From Dehalococcoidia bacterium (GTDB lineage Bacteria > Chloroflexota > Dehalococcoidia > Plut-88900): a stretch of 64,000 bases of DNA. The position numbers were made by a program, and so were the translations under genes. The stretch is taken from assembly GCA_965197645.1 (NCBI GenBank), contig OZ240219.1, forward strand, positions 640,001-704,000. The letters are read 5' to 3'. The notes below the pieces were generated by a model. It did not search any database and was not told the origin of the DNA. It was given only the letters and a program-made list of their open reading frames with translations. This document shows positions 38,399 through 48,570 of the stretch, in pieces (position 1 is the stretch's first letter; each line of letters opens with the position of its first letter).

Positions 38399-39643
38399 CT
38401 ACCTGGGCCGGTTGCACCAGTCCAACGCGGTGAGCGATAGGACCTGGGCCACCTGAAGTATGTGGCTCACGCTGACCCAGCCATCCACCTCGTCCGGGGC
38501 GTCTCCACCGCCTCTTGGGCCGTAGAGACAGCAGGGTATTCCCGCCTCCAGCAGGTGCGACGTGTCATTTCCAGCGTAGGACTGGGGTACCAGCGCCCCC
38601 ACCTGTTCGGGTTCGTGCCCGGTGAACTTTTTGTAGCTCCCCGCCAAAGTGCGAACGATGGGTTCGTCGGGGGACACCTCGAAGGGGTTCATGTACACCC
38701 GCTGGACCTTGTATTCGGCAGGGGGTGGGGTCTCTATCTCGTACCTGAAGTTGGGGTCCTCGGCGGCAAGACCATCGAGCACGGCCTTGATGTCGGCTAC
38801 GGCCATCTCGGCCGTCTGGCCGGGCACGGTGCGAATATCGGCGATGCAGGTGCAGAAGTCGGACGTGAAGTTGGGACCCCGCATATCGTGGTCCCGGCCC
38901 CGACCGGCGAGCATCACCCCTACGATGATCCGCGGCATATCGGGCAGCCCAGGATGGGGTGGGTAGTTGAACTTGACGTTCTTCACCGCCGGCACCACCT
39001 TCAGCATCATGTCCAAGGCGTCGATAGCTTTGTCAGCCTGGCTCATGTGCTTCGATAGTCCCAGCGTGTGAATGACGATCTCGACCCAGCCCACGTGGGT
39101 GGTCAGGATGTTGTCCTTTCCATAGGGCTCGGCGACTATGGCCGCATCGGCCGTGAAGCCCTGTTGGATGGCGTGAACCGTGCCAACTCCTCCCTGGAGC
39201 TCGCCCACGACGCACTCTACGATCAGGTCGCCCTTGAGTGGGGCCTTGGACCGGCGGATTGCTTCGGCGGCATGCACTATCGAGGTCACGCCGCCCTTCA
39301 TGTTGTTGCCGCCGCCTCCATACAGCCGATCGCCCTCATGGCTGGGGGTGAAGGGGTCCCGCTTCCATCCCATGGCCAGCGGATCGATATCGATGTGACC
39401 GTTGAGAATGAGGCTCTTGCCCCCACCGCTCCCCTTCAGCCTGGCGATGGTCTGAAACCGGCCTGGATCGACCTCCTGTAGATCTACCTCGTAACCACGG
39501 CGTCGGAAGTAGTTGGCCAGGTATCGGGCTACCTTGGTCTCCTCCGTCTTGAAGCTGGGCATAGATATCAGCTTGCTGCAGAACTTGACCAGCTCGTCCT
39601 CTTTGATCTGCCTCAACACCCTGTCTTTGACGACCTGCTCCAT
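38399..39643 (-). CDS. M20 (ArgE/DapE-like) metallo-hydrolase, non-canonical ligands (paralog 2)
   Basis: LNGHIDIDP, YGGGGNNMKGG, VGELQGG, AEP, YAGNDTSHL. Confidence 0.9.
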   Translation of the reverse strand: MEQVVKDRVLRQIKEDELVKFCSKLISMPSFKTEETKVARYLANYFRRRGYEVDLQEVDPGRFQTIARLKGSGGGKSLILNGHIDIDPLAMGWKRDPFTPSHEGDRLYGGGGNNMKGGVTSIVHAAEAIRRSKAPLKGDLIVECVVGELQGGVGTVHAIQQGFTADAAIVAEPYGKDNILTTHVGWVEIVIHTLGLSKHMSQADKAIDALDMMLKVVPAVKNVKFNYPPHPGLPDMPRIIVGVMLAGRGRDHDMRGPNFTSDFCTCIADIRTVPGQTAEMAVADIKAVLDGLAAEDPNFRYEIETPPPAEYKVQRVYMNPFEVSPDEPIVRTLAGSYKKFTGHEPEQVGALVPQSYAGNDTSHLLEAGIPCCLYGPRGGGDAPDEVDGWVSVSHILQVAQVLSLTALDWCNRPR

Positions 39644-39740
39644 GGACTCACCTCCTAGAAGTAATTCCTTAGCTAAAACACTTCCGGTGCTGGTTTCACG
39701 CCTCCGACTCTTCGTCCAAGGCTTCTATGAAGAGGAACCC

Positions 39741-42700
39741 TTACTCGTACCGCAGTGCTTCGGCGGGGGCGATGTTCGCCGCCTGGCGAGAGGGCAGGAA
39801 CGTGGTCAACAGGGAGAACAGGTATCCTCCGGCTGCCACGAGAAGTATGGTCCCCCAGGGGAAGACCAGCTGGATACCCGGCTCTTCGCTACGGATGTCG
39901 GCCACGATGTTGACCGAACTCACCAGTCCCAGGGCCAGTCCCAGACCTATGCCGAGCACGGCAATGAAGGAGGACTCCGCCAGAAACGTCAGCTGCACCA
40001 TCCGTCCGGAGAAGCCTATGGCCCGCATCACGCCGATCTGGTGACGGCGCTCCACCACCGCCCTGGCGCTGACGACACCCAGGGCGGCAATCCCAACCAC
40101 CAGGCCCAGGGACATAAAGGCGATGAGCAGATTGAAGAAGGACCGGTTGGCGGCCTGCAAACCCTCTATCGTCTCCTCTATATCGATCGTCTCCAGCCCG
40201 TGCTGGAAGAACGCGGCCTCCAACCTGTTGGCAGATCCATCGGTACCCGGGTCTACGTTGAAAAAGAACTGGGTAGCATCGATGTCCCGGTCCAGATGGG
40301 CTTGCAGGGTGTTGGATGAGGTGAAGATCCCGAAGGGCAGAGACCCCTGGGAGGCGAAGACGTCCAGAACGCCTATGATGGTCAGCTGTAGGGTGGTGTT
40401 GCTCTTCAGGTCCCGGACCTCTACCTCGATGGGCTCCATGGTCTCATTCTCAATGTAAAGGCCTTCCACGCCGTTCAGGGTGAAATCCTCAAAAGATATG
40501 TCGAAGGCGAAGTTGTTCCTGGAGGGGACCAAGAGGGCATTCACCACCGCCAGGCCCTGGTTGTCCCGGAGGTCCCTCCAGACTTTTCCACTATCGAAGC
40601 CGGAGCCCGTTGCGTATTCAGCGGTGGCTAGCTTTATAGAGAAGTCGTTGGAGGCCACGAAGTCATCGTCGACTCCGGTGATTAGGGTATCCTCGAACTC
40701 CCCTTTGACGGCCTGGTCCAACCTGGCGTCGGCCTGGGGGATCGTCCTGAAGGTGCCTACCGAGGGCTCCCCATTGACCCTGGACACGAAAGCCAAGTCG
40801 GGATTTTCTCCGACGGCCTGGCCCAGATCGGGCACGGGGTTCACGTCCGCCACGGACAAGGCCATTACATCGTACCCGCCTCCAAGCCTGGATTGATCGT
40901 CCAGCAGACGATTGAATCCTTCGATAGTGGTGGACATCACCGTGACGGAAAAGATAACCACGGCGAAAATCGCTACCGAAAGCCCCGTTCGAAAGCTGAA
41001 CCTGAGGGGATAGGCAACGGAGGACTTGATGATGGGGGCCAAGCGTCTGAACCGGCCCAGGGTGGCCGACGCTGTCCCCAGCACAAGTGACGAGTTGCTG
41101 ATAGTGGCTAGGACGGCCCCGGTAACCAACATCGCCGCGGAGACAAAGAAGATGGAAAAATCCTGGTTCCAGTCCTCTCTGATCTTGTCTATCACTCCGG
41201 GAGGCAAGAGCCAGTAGGCCACCAGGAAAAGCCCGGTGCCCGTTAGGACCCAACGTTGGGCGACTCCTAGCCATCTAAGGACCATGGCAACGCCAATGGG
41301 AACCAGTGATACTCCCAGACCGAAGGCGGTCGCCTGTGCGGAGCTGAAGCCCACGATCAGGACCAGGACTCCCACCACTGTCAGGATAACTCCCCAGATC
41401 AGGGCCTTCTTGCCCGCCCGGTGCATTTGAGGTTCGGGGATGTCCCGGATGGCTCTGACGATGTTTAGGCGGCTTATGCGCCTGGAGGCAAAGGCTACCG
41501 TCGCCAGGGTGATGACGCTCCCTACGAAAAACGAGACCAGGACGCTGGTGATCTCTACGTGGGCAGAAAGGGCGAAATCGTCGGTCTGGTCTTGCTCGAA
41601 CGCTCCTGCGGTGACTATCACCAGAAGGAAGCCCAACCCGATGCCAACGACTACGCCGACGATGGCGGAACCCAGACCATAAATGGCCCCTTCGGCCATG
41701 AACATGCGGATCAGGTGGCGGCGCTGCATTCCCACTGCCCTGGCCATGCCCAGCTCCGCCTTGCGCTCGGCGGCAAGCATGGAGAAGATGAGGAATATTA
41801 GCAGCAACCCCACACCGATGGAAAAGAGCCCGAAGGTGGTGAAGAAGGAAACGAAGAGGGTGCCCAGCTCGTTGGCGAAGTCTATGAGCTCCCTCTTCAG
41901 GCCGAAGACCTCCAGCCCGGCGTCTTTGATTGCGGGAAGATCGCCGATGCGCTCCACAACGGCGGAGGTGAGGTCCACGCCGCTGAACTCATCGCCCCGA
42001 TTGGAGATCAGGACGGAGGTGAGCTGGCCCTCCAGACCCAGCAGAGCTTGAGCCCGCTCCAGGGAGACCAGGACTACAACGTTCGTCGAGTCTCTCTTGA
42101 AGTACCATCCGTCCACCACAGCCTTGACTGACATCTGGGTCAGCTCGTCGGGACCGAGGGCTACTCCCAGCACGTCTCCCGGTTGGGCGCCGATCTCCCG
42201 AGCGCCATCCCTATCGATGTAGACCTCGTCGGGACCGAGTGAAGCCAGGTCTATAGTGCGGCCATCGGTGTCCACCAGGGTTTCGAACGCTGCGGCCCTG
42301 GCCGGGTCCAGGCCCGACAAGAGGGCGTTTACAGTGAACTGCTGGCTGCGTATGTTAACGGCGCCCGTCTGTTCAACCAGGGCAGGAAGGACGCCGTCGA
42401 TATCCGGGTCGGAGTCCAGGACGGGCGCTATCTCGTCAAAGATCGACTCGGAGAACACCTCCGGCAGCGCTCTGCCTTCCCACACCTCGGAGTCCTCGTC
42501 TATCTGGATGATCTCGTCGAGGGAGAGCAGGTTGTCGGTAACGCTCTTCTTGATGCTGAAAGTAATGGAGTCGCCGGTGGTAAAGGCGCTGGTGATGATA
42601 GCCGTCGCCAGCATGAGACCGACGACAATCAGGACGCCCCGGGCCGGGCGTCTGGTAACGTTGCGCATAGCCATCCGGACCAGTACCGGGTCTCTCAGGG

Positions 42701-42791
42701 CGATGAAGACCAGGGCTACGGCGAATAAGGTGAATAGGACGCCCAGCACAACCAGAATGGAGCTGATAGGTGCCCCGAAAAGCTCATCCAT
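39741..42791 (-). CDS. ABC transporter permease, double FtsX/MacB type
   Basis: Two FtsX-like halves (AERKAELGMARAVG; ERRHQIGVMRAIG), C-terminal PAEALRYE. Confidence 0.9.
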   Translation of the reverse strand: MDELFGAPISSILVVLGVLFTLFAVALVFIALRDPVLVRMAMRNVTRRPARGVLIVVGLMLATAIITSAFTTGDSITFSIKKSVTDNLLSLDEIIQIDEDSEVWEGRALPEVFSESIFDEIAPVLDSDPDIDGVLPALVEQTGAVNIRSQQFTVNALLSGLDPARAAAFETLVDTDGRTIDLASLGPDEVYIDRDGAREIGAQPGDVLGVALGPDELTQMSVKAVVDGWYFKRDSTNVVVLVSLERAQALLGLEGQLTSVLISNRGDEFSGVDLTSAVVERIGDLPAIKDAGLEVFGLKRELIDFANELGTLFVSFFTTFGLFSIGVGLLLIFLIFSMLAAERKAELGMARAVGMQRRHLIRMFMAEGAIYGLGSAIVGVVVGIGLGFLLVIVTAGAFEQDQTDDFALSAHVEITSVLVSFFVGSVITLATVAFASRRISRLNIVRAIRDIPEPQMHRAGKKALIWGVILTVVGVLVLIVGFSSAQATAFGLGVSLVPIGVAMVLRWLGVAQRWVLTGTGLFLVAYWLLPPGVIDKIREDWNQDFSIFFVSAAMLVTGAVLATISNSSLVLGTASATLGRFRRLAPIIKSSVAYPLRFSFRTGLSVAIFAVVIFSVTVMSTTIEGFNRLLDDQSRLGGGYDVMALSVADVNPVPDLGQAVGENPDLAFVSRVNGEPSVGTFRTIPQADARLDQAVKGEFEDTLITGVDDDFVASNDFSIKLATAEYATGSGFDSGKVWRDLRDNQGLAVVNALLVPSRNNFAFDISFEDFTLNGVEGLYIENETMEPIEVEVRDLKSNTTLQLTIIGVLDVFASQGSLPFGIFTSSNTLQAHLDRDIDATQFFFNVDPGTDGSANRLEAAFFQHGLETIDIEETIEGLQAANRSFFNLLIAFMSLGLVVGIAALGVVSARAVVERRHQIGVMRAIGFSGRMVQLTFLAESSFIAVLGIGLGLALGLVSSVNIVADIRSEEPGIQLVFPWGTILLVAAGGYLFSLLTTFLPSRQAANIAPAEALRYE

Positions 42792-42808
42792 AGGACTGTC
42801 GGTGGGGC

Positions 42809-43534
42809 CTAGTCGCCATTTTGCAACACTTCCTCTACGATCTGTCCATCGGCCATGCGTATGAGTCGGTCCGTGGTGCGGCCGACGTTCAGGTCGTGGG
42901 TAACGATGACACAGGTGAGGCCCTGTTCACGGTTGAGCCGTCTGATAACAGCAATGATCTCCTTGGAGTTCTCGCTATCCAGGTTTCCCGTCGGCTCATC
43001 GGCCCAGACGATTTCGGGCTGGTTGACCAGCGATCTGGCTACGGTCACCCTCTGCTGTTCTCCTCCCGAGAGCTCCGACGGGTCGTGGCTCCCACGATGG
43101 GCAAGGTTCACCAGTTCCAGGGCGGCCCTCGCCCTCTCCCGGGCCTCGCTGGCCTTGGTGCCGGAAACCAGAAGCGGCAGCTCCACGTTCTCTACCGCCG
43201 TGAGGACGGGCAGCAGGTTGAAAGACTGAAAGATGTACCCCATCCGGGTAGCTCGGTAACGGGTTTTCTGGTTGTCGGACAGGGTGGATATATCGGTACC
43301 GGCTATCTTGATGAACCCGGAATCTATGTCATCCAACCCGGAAAGAGAGTTGAGCAGGGTGGTCTTGCCACAGCCGCTGGGGCCCATGATAGCCACCATC
43401 TCGCCCCGGGCCACTGTCAGATCAACGCCTCTCAGAGCGTGGACCTTCACTCGCCCGGTATCGTAGGTCTTATGGACCCCCTGGGCATCAATGATCGGCT
43501 CGTCCGCTGGACTGGACATCTCCATCTCCTGCAA
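42809..43534 (-). CDS. ABC transporter ATP-binding protein (LolD/MacB-like)
   Basis: [28 protein letters not shown]. Confidence 0.95.
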   Translation of the reverse strand: MQEMEMSSPADEPIIDAQGVHKTYDTGRVKVHALRGVDLTVARGEMVAIMGPSGCGKTTLLNSLSGLDDIDSGFIKIAGTDISTLSDNQKTRYRATRMGYIFQSFNLLPVLTAVENVELPLLVSGTKASEARERARAALELVNLAHRGSHDPSELSGGEQQRVTVARSLVNQPEIVWADEPTGNLDSENSKEIIAVIRRLNREQGLTCVIVTHDLNVGRTTDRLIRMADGQIVEEVLQNGD

Positions 43535-43585
43535 CGAAAGGCTTTCGACGGGTAATTGTATCCTAATTCACAAACTTTTGAAATC

Positions 43586-44458
43586 CTACTCCAGCGCCGA
43601 GGCCTTGCCGACTATGACCACCGTGCCGTCGGGCTTCTCCATCCACACAGTAACGAGAGCTCGGGTACCGCCCTTCTCCTTTACCATATCGGTTATCACG
43701 CCCCGGGCGGTGACCGCCTCGTTGGGCCACACGATGTTGGTGAACTTGATGTCCAGGGTCCCGCCTTCGAACCAGCCTTTGCCGAAGCGCCGGTCCATCA
43801 TGTCGCCAAGATAGGACATGGTCATCCGTCCGCCAACGACCACGTCATCGAACCCCAGCGCCTCCGAGGCCTCCTTGTCGGTATGGTAGTTCACGTCGCC
43901 GTGAAAGTAGGCGCCGCACATCTCCAGGGAGATCCTCCGTTCGACGGGGTCCAGCTCCTCGCCCTCGGGCACATCGAACTTGCGCACTCCTTCCTTTTTC
44001 TTCGGGTCCCGCAGCTCCACCTTCCCGGAGCTCTGGGTGAGCAGATAGCTCTGATGGTGCCTGGCCTGGGCGATTACCTCGCCGCCGGGAGCGGATATGG
44101 TGGCCTCCCTTAGCACGACGGTACGGCCTCGCCAGTCGTAGATATCCGGTATTGAAGCGGATACGGTATACGTGGCGCCGGGCACCATGGGCCTATGCAG
44201 GTCCCACTCTTGGCGAACCCACAGGTTGCCGAAGTCGTTGTCGAACCCGTCGCCCACAAACCCTTCCTCGGCGGCCGCTACTACCATCGAGGGAGCTACG
44301 CCACTTCCGTACTCCGGGTTGGCCGAGTACCAGTCCGGCGCTATCTCCAGCCCTTGAAAGTAGTTTTTCAGCAGGTCATCGGTAACGGCGAATTCGTAGG
44401 ACCCCAGGTCCTTTCCCGTGTAGGCCTCGTCCGTTTTCCGGCTCTTCTCCTGGGCCAT
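43586..44458 (-). CDS. MaoC-like double hot-dog dehydratase
   Basis: NYHTD..A...GFDDVVVGG hydratase-like motif, LDIKFTNIVWP; N-terminal MaoC-like half. Confidence 0.8.
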   Translation of the reverse strand: MAQEKSRKTDEAYTGKDLGSYEFAVTDDLLKNYFQGLEIAPDWYSANPEYGSGVAPSMVVAAAEEGFVGDGFDNDFGNLWVRQEWDLHRPMVPGATYTVSASIPDIYDWRGRTVVLREATISAPGGEVIAQARHHQSYLLTQSSGKVELRDPKKKEGVRKFDVPEGEELDPVERRISLEMCGAYFHGDVNYHTDKEASEALGFDDVVVGGRMTMSYLGDMMDRRFGKGWFEGGTLDIKFTNIVWPNEAVTARGVITDMVKEKGGTRALVTVWMEKPDGTVVIVGKASALE

Positions 44459-44736
44459 GGCAGCCTCCTGAGTGGGTATAGTTGAACGATGCGTAGAACA
44501 AGTAGAGTTGGAGATATTATACTACCCTCGTTCTCGCCTTCCCGGCAGTAAAATCGATGCATGGAGCGGCTTACCCACCTGCTCTGTGGCTGCCTCGCCG
44601 ATGTGGGATCCTAAGGCAGGTTCGCATAGAAATATTCGCCTGACATTCGCCCATCTGTAAAGGGCCCCCTGTATAATCGCGCCACCCCACGCAACGGTGT
44701 CCGAATCAAAATCTCCTAGAATGAGAGACTGGGTTT

Positions 44737-45450
44737 ATGAACATTAACGATATCTTCCCCAACGGGCTGGACATCGATGATGCCCTCGATTTGCTATGGC
44801 CAGTGACGGTTTACCTCCTAGGCCTTACCGCGTATGCAGTCTTCGTATTCAAGTTTTACCGGTTCGTGGCTGCCCGGGACATGTTCAAGTTGGACCTGTC
44901 GAAATATCAAGAGTCCCGGTTTCGGTGGGTGCGGGCACTCCTCCACATCGTCTTGTACACGGGCAAGTACATTATCCTGTTTCCCGTCTTCGCCTTCTTC
45001 TGGTTCGCTGTCCTCACGTTGATACTGACCTTCCTATCGAAAGACCGATCGTTCTCGGACATTCTGCTGCTGGCCTTGGCCACGGTTAGTACCATCCGTG
45101 TGACAGCGTACTACAACGAAGATCTATCCAGGGACCTGGCAAAGATCCTGCCCTTCGCGGTGCTGGCTATCTTCCTGATTGACGCATCGTTCTTCACGGT
45201 TGCAGATTCCCTGGATGTCTTGAAGGGGACCAGGGATTACAGCGAGAACATCCTCTATTATCTGGTGTTCCTTATCGCTTTGGAGTTTGTGTTGCGCCTC
45301 ATCAAGGGGGTCGTTACGCTCCTGGTTGATGTGAAAAAGCGATTGCTGAAAAGGAACGAACCCGCCGCAGAGGTTGCGTCTCCGCCTTTGGCGGAAGAAT
45401 CGCCATCGCAAGAAGACCAACACAAGGAAGGGCAGGCCGGAGCCGATTAA
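44737..45450 (+). CDS. hypothetical membrane protein
   Basis: About five hydrophobic segments; YYNEDLSRDLAKILPF; visibly more AT-rich than its neighbours. Confidence 0.75.
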   Translation: MNINDIFPNGLDIDDALDLLWPVTVYLLGLTAYAVFVFKFYRFVAARDMFKLDLSKYQESRFRWVRALLHIVLYTGKYIILFPVFAFFWFAVLTLILTFLSKDRSFSDILLLALATVSTIRVTAYYNEDLSRDLAKILPFAVLAIFLIDASFFTVADSLDVLKGTRDYSENILYYLVFLIALEFVLRLIKGVVTLLVDVKKRLLKRNEPAAEVASPPLAEESPSQEDQHKEGQAGAD

Positions 45451-45519
45451 CGGGAGCAGCTTACCCACCGGCTCCATACGCACATCATCAATCACGTATC
45501 AGGCTAGAGGGAGAAGGAT

Positions 45520-46500
45520 ATGGCAGGCAGGATCATTGGTGTAGAAACTGCATTTAGTGTCGGATACTCAGGCGGAGGCGGCTCTCCCGACCAAGTGGTG
45601 GGTCGTATCCAGCACTTGGAGGAGATGGGAATCGGCGGCGCCTGGCTGGTCGGCGGGCCCGGGTCCGGTACAGACGCCCTCACGGTCCTTGCAGCGGCCG
45701 CCGCCAGGACCGAAAGGATCCTACTGGGCACGGCCATCGTGCCCACCTGGTCCCGGCATCCGATCGCCGCCGCGGAACAGGCCGCCACCATAGCCGGCAT
45801 AGCCCCGGGGAGGTTCCGGCTGGGCGTTGGCCCCAGTCACAAGTCGATCATGGAGGAGGCCTACGGGCTCGATTTCCGGAGGCCGCTGACCAATCTCCGG
45901 GAGTACCTTCAGATTACCCGGGCGTTGCTGCGCGAGGGTTCGGTGGACTTCGATGGATACCACTATAGCGCCCACATCACCGATGCTCCGGTGTCGGACC
46001 TGCCGGTGATGGCATCGGCATTGAGGCCCAAGTCCTTTCATCTGTGCGGAGCAGAGTCCGACGGCGCCATCAGCTGGGTCTGCCCCCTGGAGTACCTTCG
46101 AGACTCTGCCCTCCCCGCCCTGAACCAGGAGGCGCGAGAGGCAGGCCGTCCCACCCCGCCCCTCATCTCCCACGCCGCAGTGTGCGTCCATGACGATCCC
46201 GCAGAGGTGAAAGAGGCCGCCTTGAGGGATATGTTCATCTATCCTCAGACTGATTTCTACCGGAAAATGTTCATCGCGGCGGGCTATCCCGAGGCCGAGG
46301 AAACGGACGAATGGAGCGATCGCATGCTGGACGCAGTGCTGTACTCCGGCTCCGAGAACCAGGTGGCCGACCGGTTGGGCCAGCTATTCGATATCGGCTC
46401 CACGGAGCTGATAATAACGGTGGTGAGGGCTGGCAGCGACACGGACGCCTCGTGGGAGCGGTCCCTCAGGTTGCTGGCCGAGGTTGCTAAGAGCTCCTAG
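45520..46500 (+). CDS. LLM-class (luciferase-like) flavin/F420-dependent oxidoreductase
   Basis: LAAAAARTERILLGTAIVP..RHP, GRFRLGVGPSH, SALRPK, DGAISW. Confidence 0.9.
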   Translation: MAGRIIGVETAFSVGYSGGGGSPDQVVGRIQHLEEMGIGGAWLVGGPGSGTDALTVLAAAAARTERILLGTAIVPTWSRHPIAAAEQAATIAGIAPGRFRLGVGPSHKSIMEEAYGLDFRRPLTNLREYLQITRALLREGSVDFDGYHYSAHITDAPVSDLPVMASALRPKSFHLCGAESDGAISWVCPLEYLRDSALPALNQEAREAGRPTPPLISHAAVCVHDDPAEVKEAALRDMFIYPQTDFYRKMFIAAGYPEAEETDEWSDRMLDAVLYSGSENQVADRLGQLFDIGSTELIITVVRAGSDTDASWERSLRLLAEVAKSS

Positions 46501-46504
46501 GCGA

Positions 46505-46741
46505 CAAGGGGTATGTAGAGGGGCAAACCCCCTTTGCCGGGAGTTCTGAGGGTACCCCACCCCTGGTGGTTGTTCCCTCCCACCCTCCCTGGGATGAGTT
46601 AGTAGCTGGGGGCACATCCCCCAAACCCCCTGCCAGAGGCAGGGCGGGCCCTGCACCCATAACATGATGGAAGAGAGGGCAACGTCTGAATCCGTACCCT
46701 CGTCATTGCGAGACCCGACGAAGTCGGGGCGTGGCAACCTA
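46505..46741. repeat. mosaic intergenic repeat (families C + A) between convergent genes
   Basis: GGGTATGTAGAGGGG..CCCTTTGCCGGGAGTTCTGA (also ~48499 +, ~51295-51370 -), then a ~135-bp reverse copy of 20427-20565. Confidence 0.8.
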
Positions 46742-46769
46742 CCCGGTGTGGGCGATCTATCTTTAAGGC

Positions 46770-48323
46770 CTAGACCTTCAGAAGCTCCCTGGTGCGCTGG
46801 TAGATCTTGTGCTCTCTCCCACCGTGCACTACCGCCGATGATTTGGCCGTCGAGAGCATGTGCACCGACCTGAGGGGCGCCCTGGTAGAGTAGAACTCCT
46901 CGGCCGTGGCCTGGTGATGCTTGAGAGCATGCATCTCTGTGAAGTCGTCTCGAGAGTTAAGCTCGGCGATGCGGGAGAAGAAGGCGTCGGGATCGTACCC
47001 GCAGTTGTAGTACTGCTGCGCCAGTGCGACGGTGTTGTGCACGTCGTTGGGCGCCACCAGGTTGTCGACGCCGATGCTCCTCCAGTCGGACCAGGGCTGG
47101 GCCTCGATGCTCTGTTCGATGCTATCTAACAGGGCGTCCTGGCCGAGCTCCGGCAGCGACTCCAGGGTGCCTGCGTCTATCGTCGGGCTCCAGTTCAGCT
47201 GCTCTTCACCGCTGGTGACCTCGGGCCCGGTCAGGCCGGTCAGCAGCCCGAGAATCTTTTGCGGCAGACCAACGCCCTCCAGACCGATGAGATACCTGCG
47301 GTTGTTCGATCCGGTGTGGAGGTGGGAGTCCATGGGGTTGCCGTAGCTACTGCTCATGTAGATAGTAGCGGCTCCCAGGGACAGCGCCTCGCCGGCGCCT
47401 TCCAGTGAAAGGCCCCCGGCCAGCGCGTCGATCATCATCTCGATGGCATCGTAGTAGTTCCTGCATGCGCCTATGCGGGCGCCCAGATCGCCGATGGCCT
47501 CCGATTCCCCATCGCTGGTCTTAGTTGGGATATCCATCTCCAGCAGCTTCCGATTCTCCACCAGCTCCTCGATAGTCTCGTAGTCCCTGCGACGGTCCGG
47601 TCCGCCCAGGGGAGTCGGGTTCCGTGCCAGGAACTTGATCGCCGGCCTCATCAGCACCGGCGCCCATTCCCAGCCTATGCAGTCCAACGCCCGGGCGGTG
47701 AACATGGGATAGATGAAGTAGTGATCGTCCAGGTGATTTCTGGAGATGGCTATGGGCAGCAACAGGTCCATGAACTCGCCCGGCGATAGATGCTCGAGCA
47801 ACCACACGCCGTAGTGCTCGGCGGCGCTGGTGTTTTGCGTGGCGATGCTCTTCACGAAAGCCTCGCTGGTGCCCGCCACGCCGCCTTCCGCGTGCCCGTT
47901 GGACGAGGCCTGGGCGACGGGATACTCATCGGTGAGATGATAAGACCCCACGTCCGAGGCGCTGCCCTCCACCGCCTCTATCTCCGGCATGATGTAGGGC
48001 CCCATCTGGTGGGAGTTTACGTGGTTGTTGCACAGCGCCGTGTGCTGGACTACAGGAAGATAGGCCTGCTCGCCGGGCAGACGTTGAGAGGTGTGGTAGA
48101 TGGCGTGTACCCCGCATATCGGGTGTACGGGGCCGCCGTGGTGCTGCGGCGGCAGGTCCGTGGACCGCACGACGGCGAGGGCCGACGCGGTAAGCATCTG
48201 CTTGGCGGTCACCCCGCCTCGCAGCTTGGTCAGCGTCGCCTCTATGATGTCGCTGGGGTCCGTCTCCTCGACGAATCCGACGAGCTCTTCCACCTCTGGA
48301 GTGAACTGAATAGGCTTGTACAT
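46770..48323 (-). CDS. His-rich helical hypothetical protein (putative metalloenzyme)
   Basis: 517-aa ORF with RBS GGAGGA and four spaced His clusters. Confidence 0.75.
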   Translation of the reverse strand: MYKPIQFTPEVEELVGFVEETDPSDIIEATLTKLRGGVTAKQMLTASALAVVRSTDLPPQHHGGPVHPICGVHAIYHTSQRLPGEQAYLPVVQHTALCNNHVNSHQMGPYIMPEIEAVEGSASDVGSYHLTDEYPVAQASSNGHAEGGVAGTSEAFVKSIATQNTSAAEHYGVWLLEHLSPGEFMDLLLPIAISRNHLDDHYFIYPMFTARALDCIGWEWAPVLMRPAIKFLARNPTPLGGPDRRRDYETIEELVENRKLLEMDIPTKTSDGESEAIGDLGARIGACRNYYDAIEMMIDALAGGLSLEGAGEALSLGAATIYMSSSYGNPMDSHLHTGSNNRRYLIGLEGVGLPQKILGLLTGLTGPEVTSGEEQLNWSPTIDAGTLESLPELGQDALLDSIEQSIEAQPWSDWRSIGVDNLVAPNDVHNTVALAQQYYNCGYDPDAFFSRIAELNSRDDFTEMHALKHHQATAEEFYSTRAPLRSVHMLSTAKSSAVVHGGREHKIYQRTRELLKV

Positions 48324-48498
48324 CGGCTCCTCCCGTCTTGCTCTGCCCTTGTCCCTAGAGGTTTATGGTATATCCACCGTCCCGAATGTCAAGTTTTTGG
48401 AGTGAAGAGTGAGGAACGACCGGAGACTAGCTTGTCCCAAAAGGAGTAACCCCTTGGAACCAGCCGTCTATCCCCGGGGGATTTCGCAACCGGCGGAC

Positions 48499-48565
48499 CG
48501 GGTGTGCAGAGGGGCTACGCCCCTTTGCCGGGAGTCTGAATGCCTCCCTCAGATACGATTCTCCT
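48499..48565 (+). repeat. family C repeat module
   Basis: GGGTGTGCAGAGGGG..CCCTTTGCCGGGAGTCTGA..CCCTCAGA matches 46508 and the reverse of 51295-51370. Confidence 0.7.
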
Positions 48566-48570
48566 CCCTC

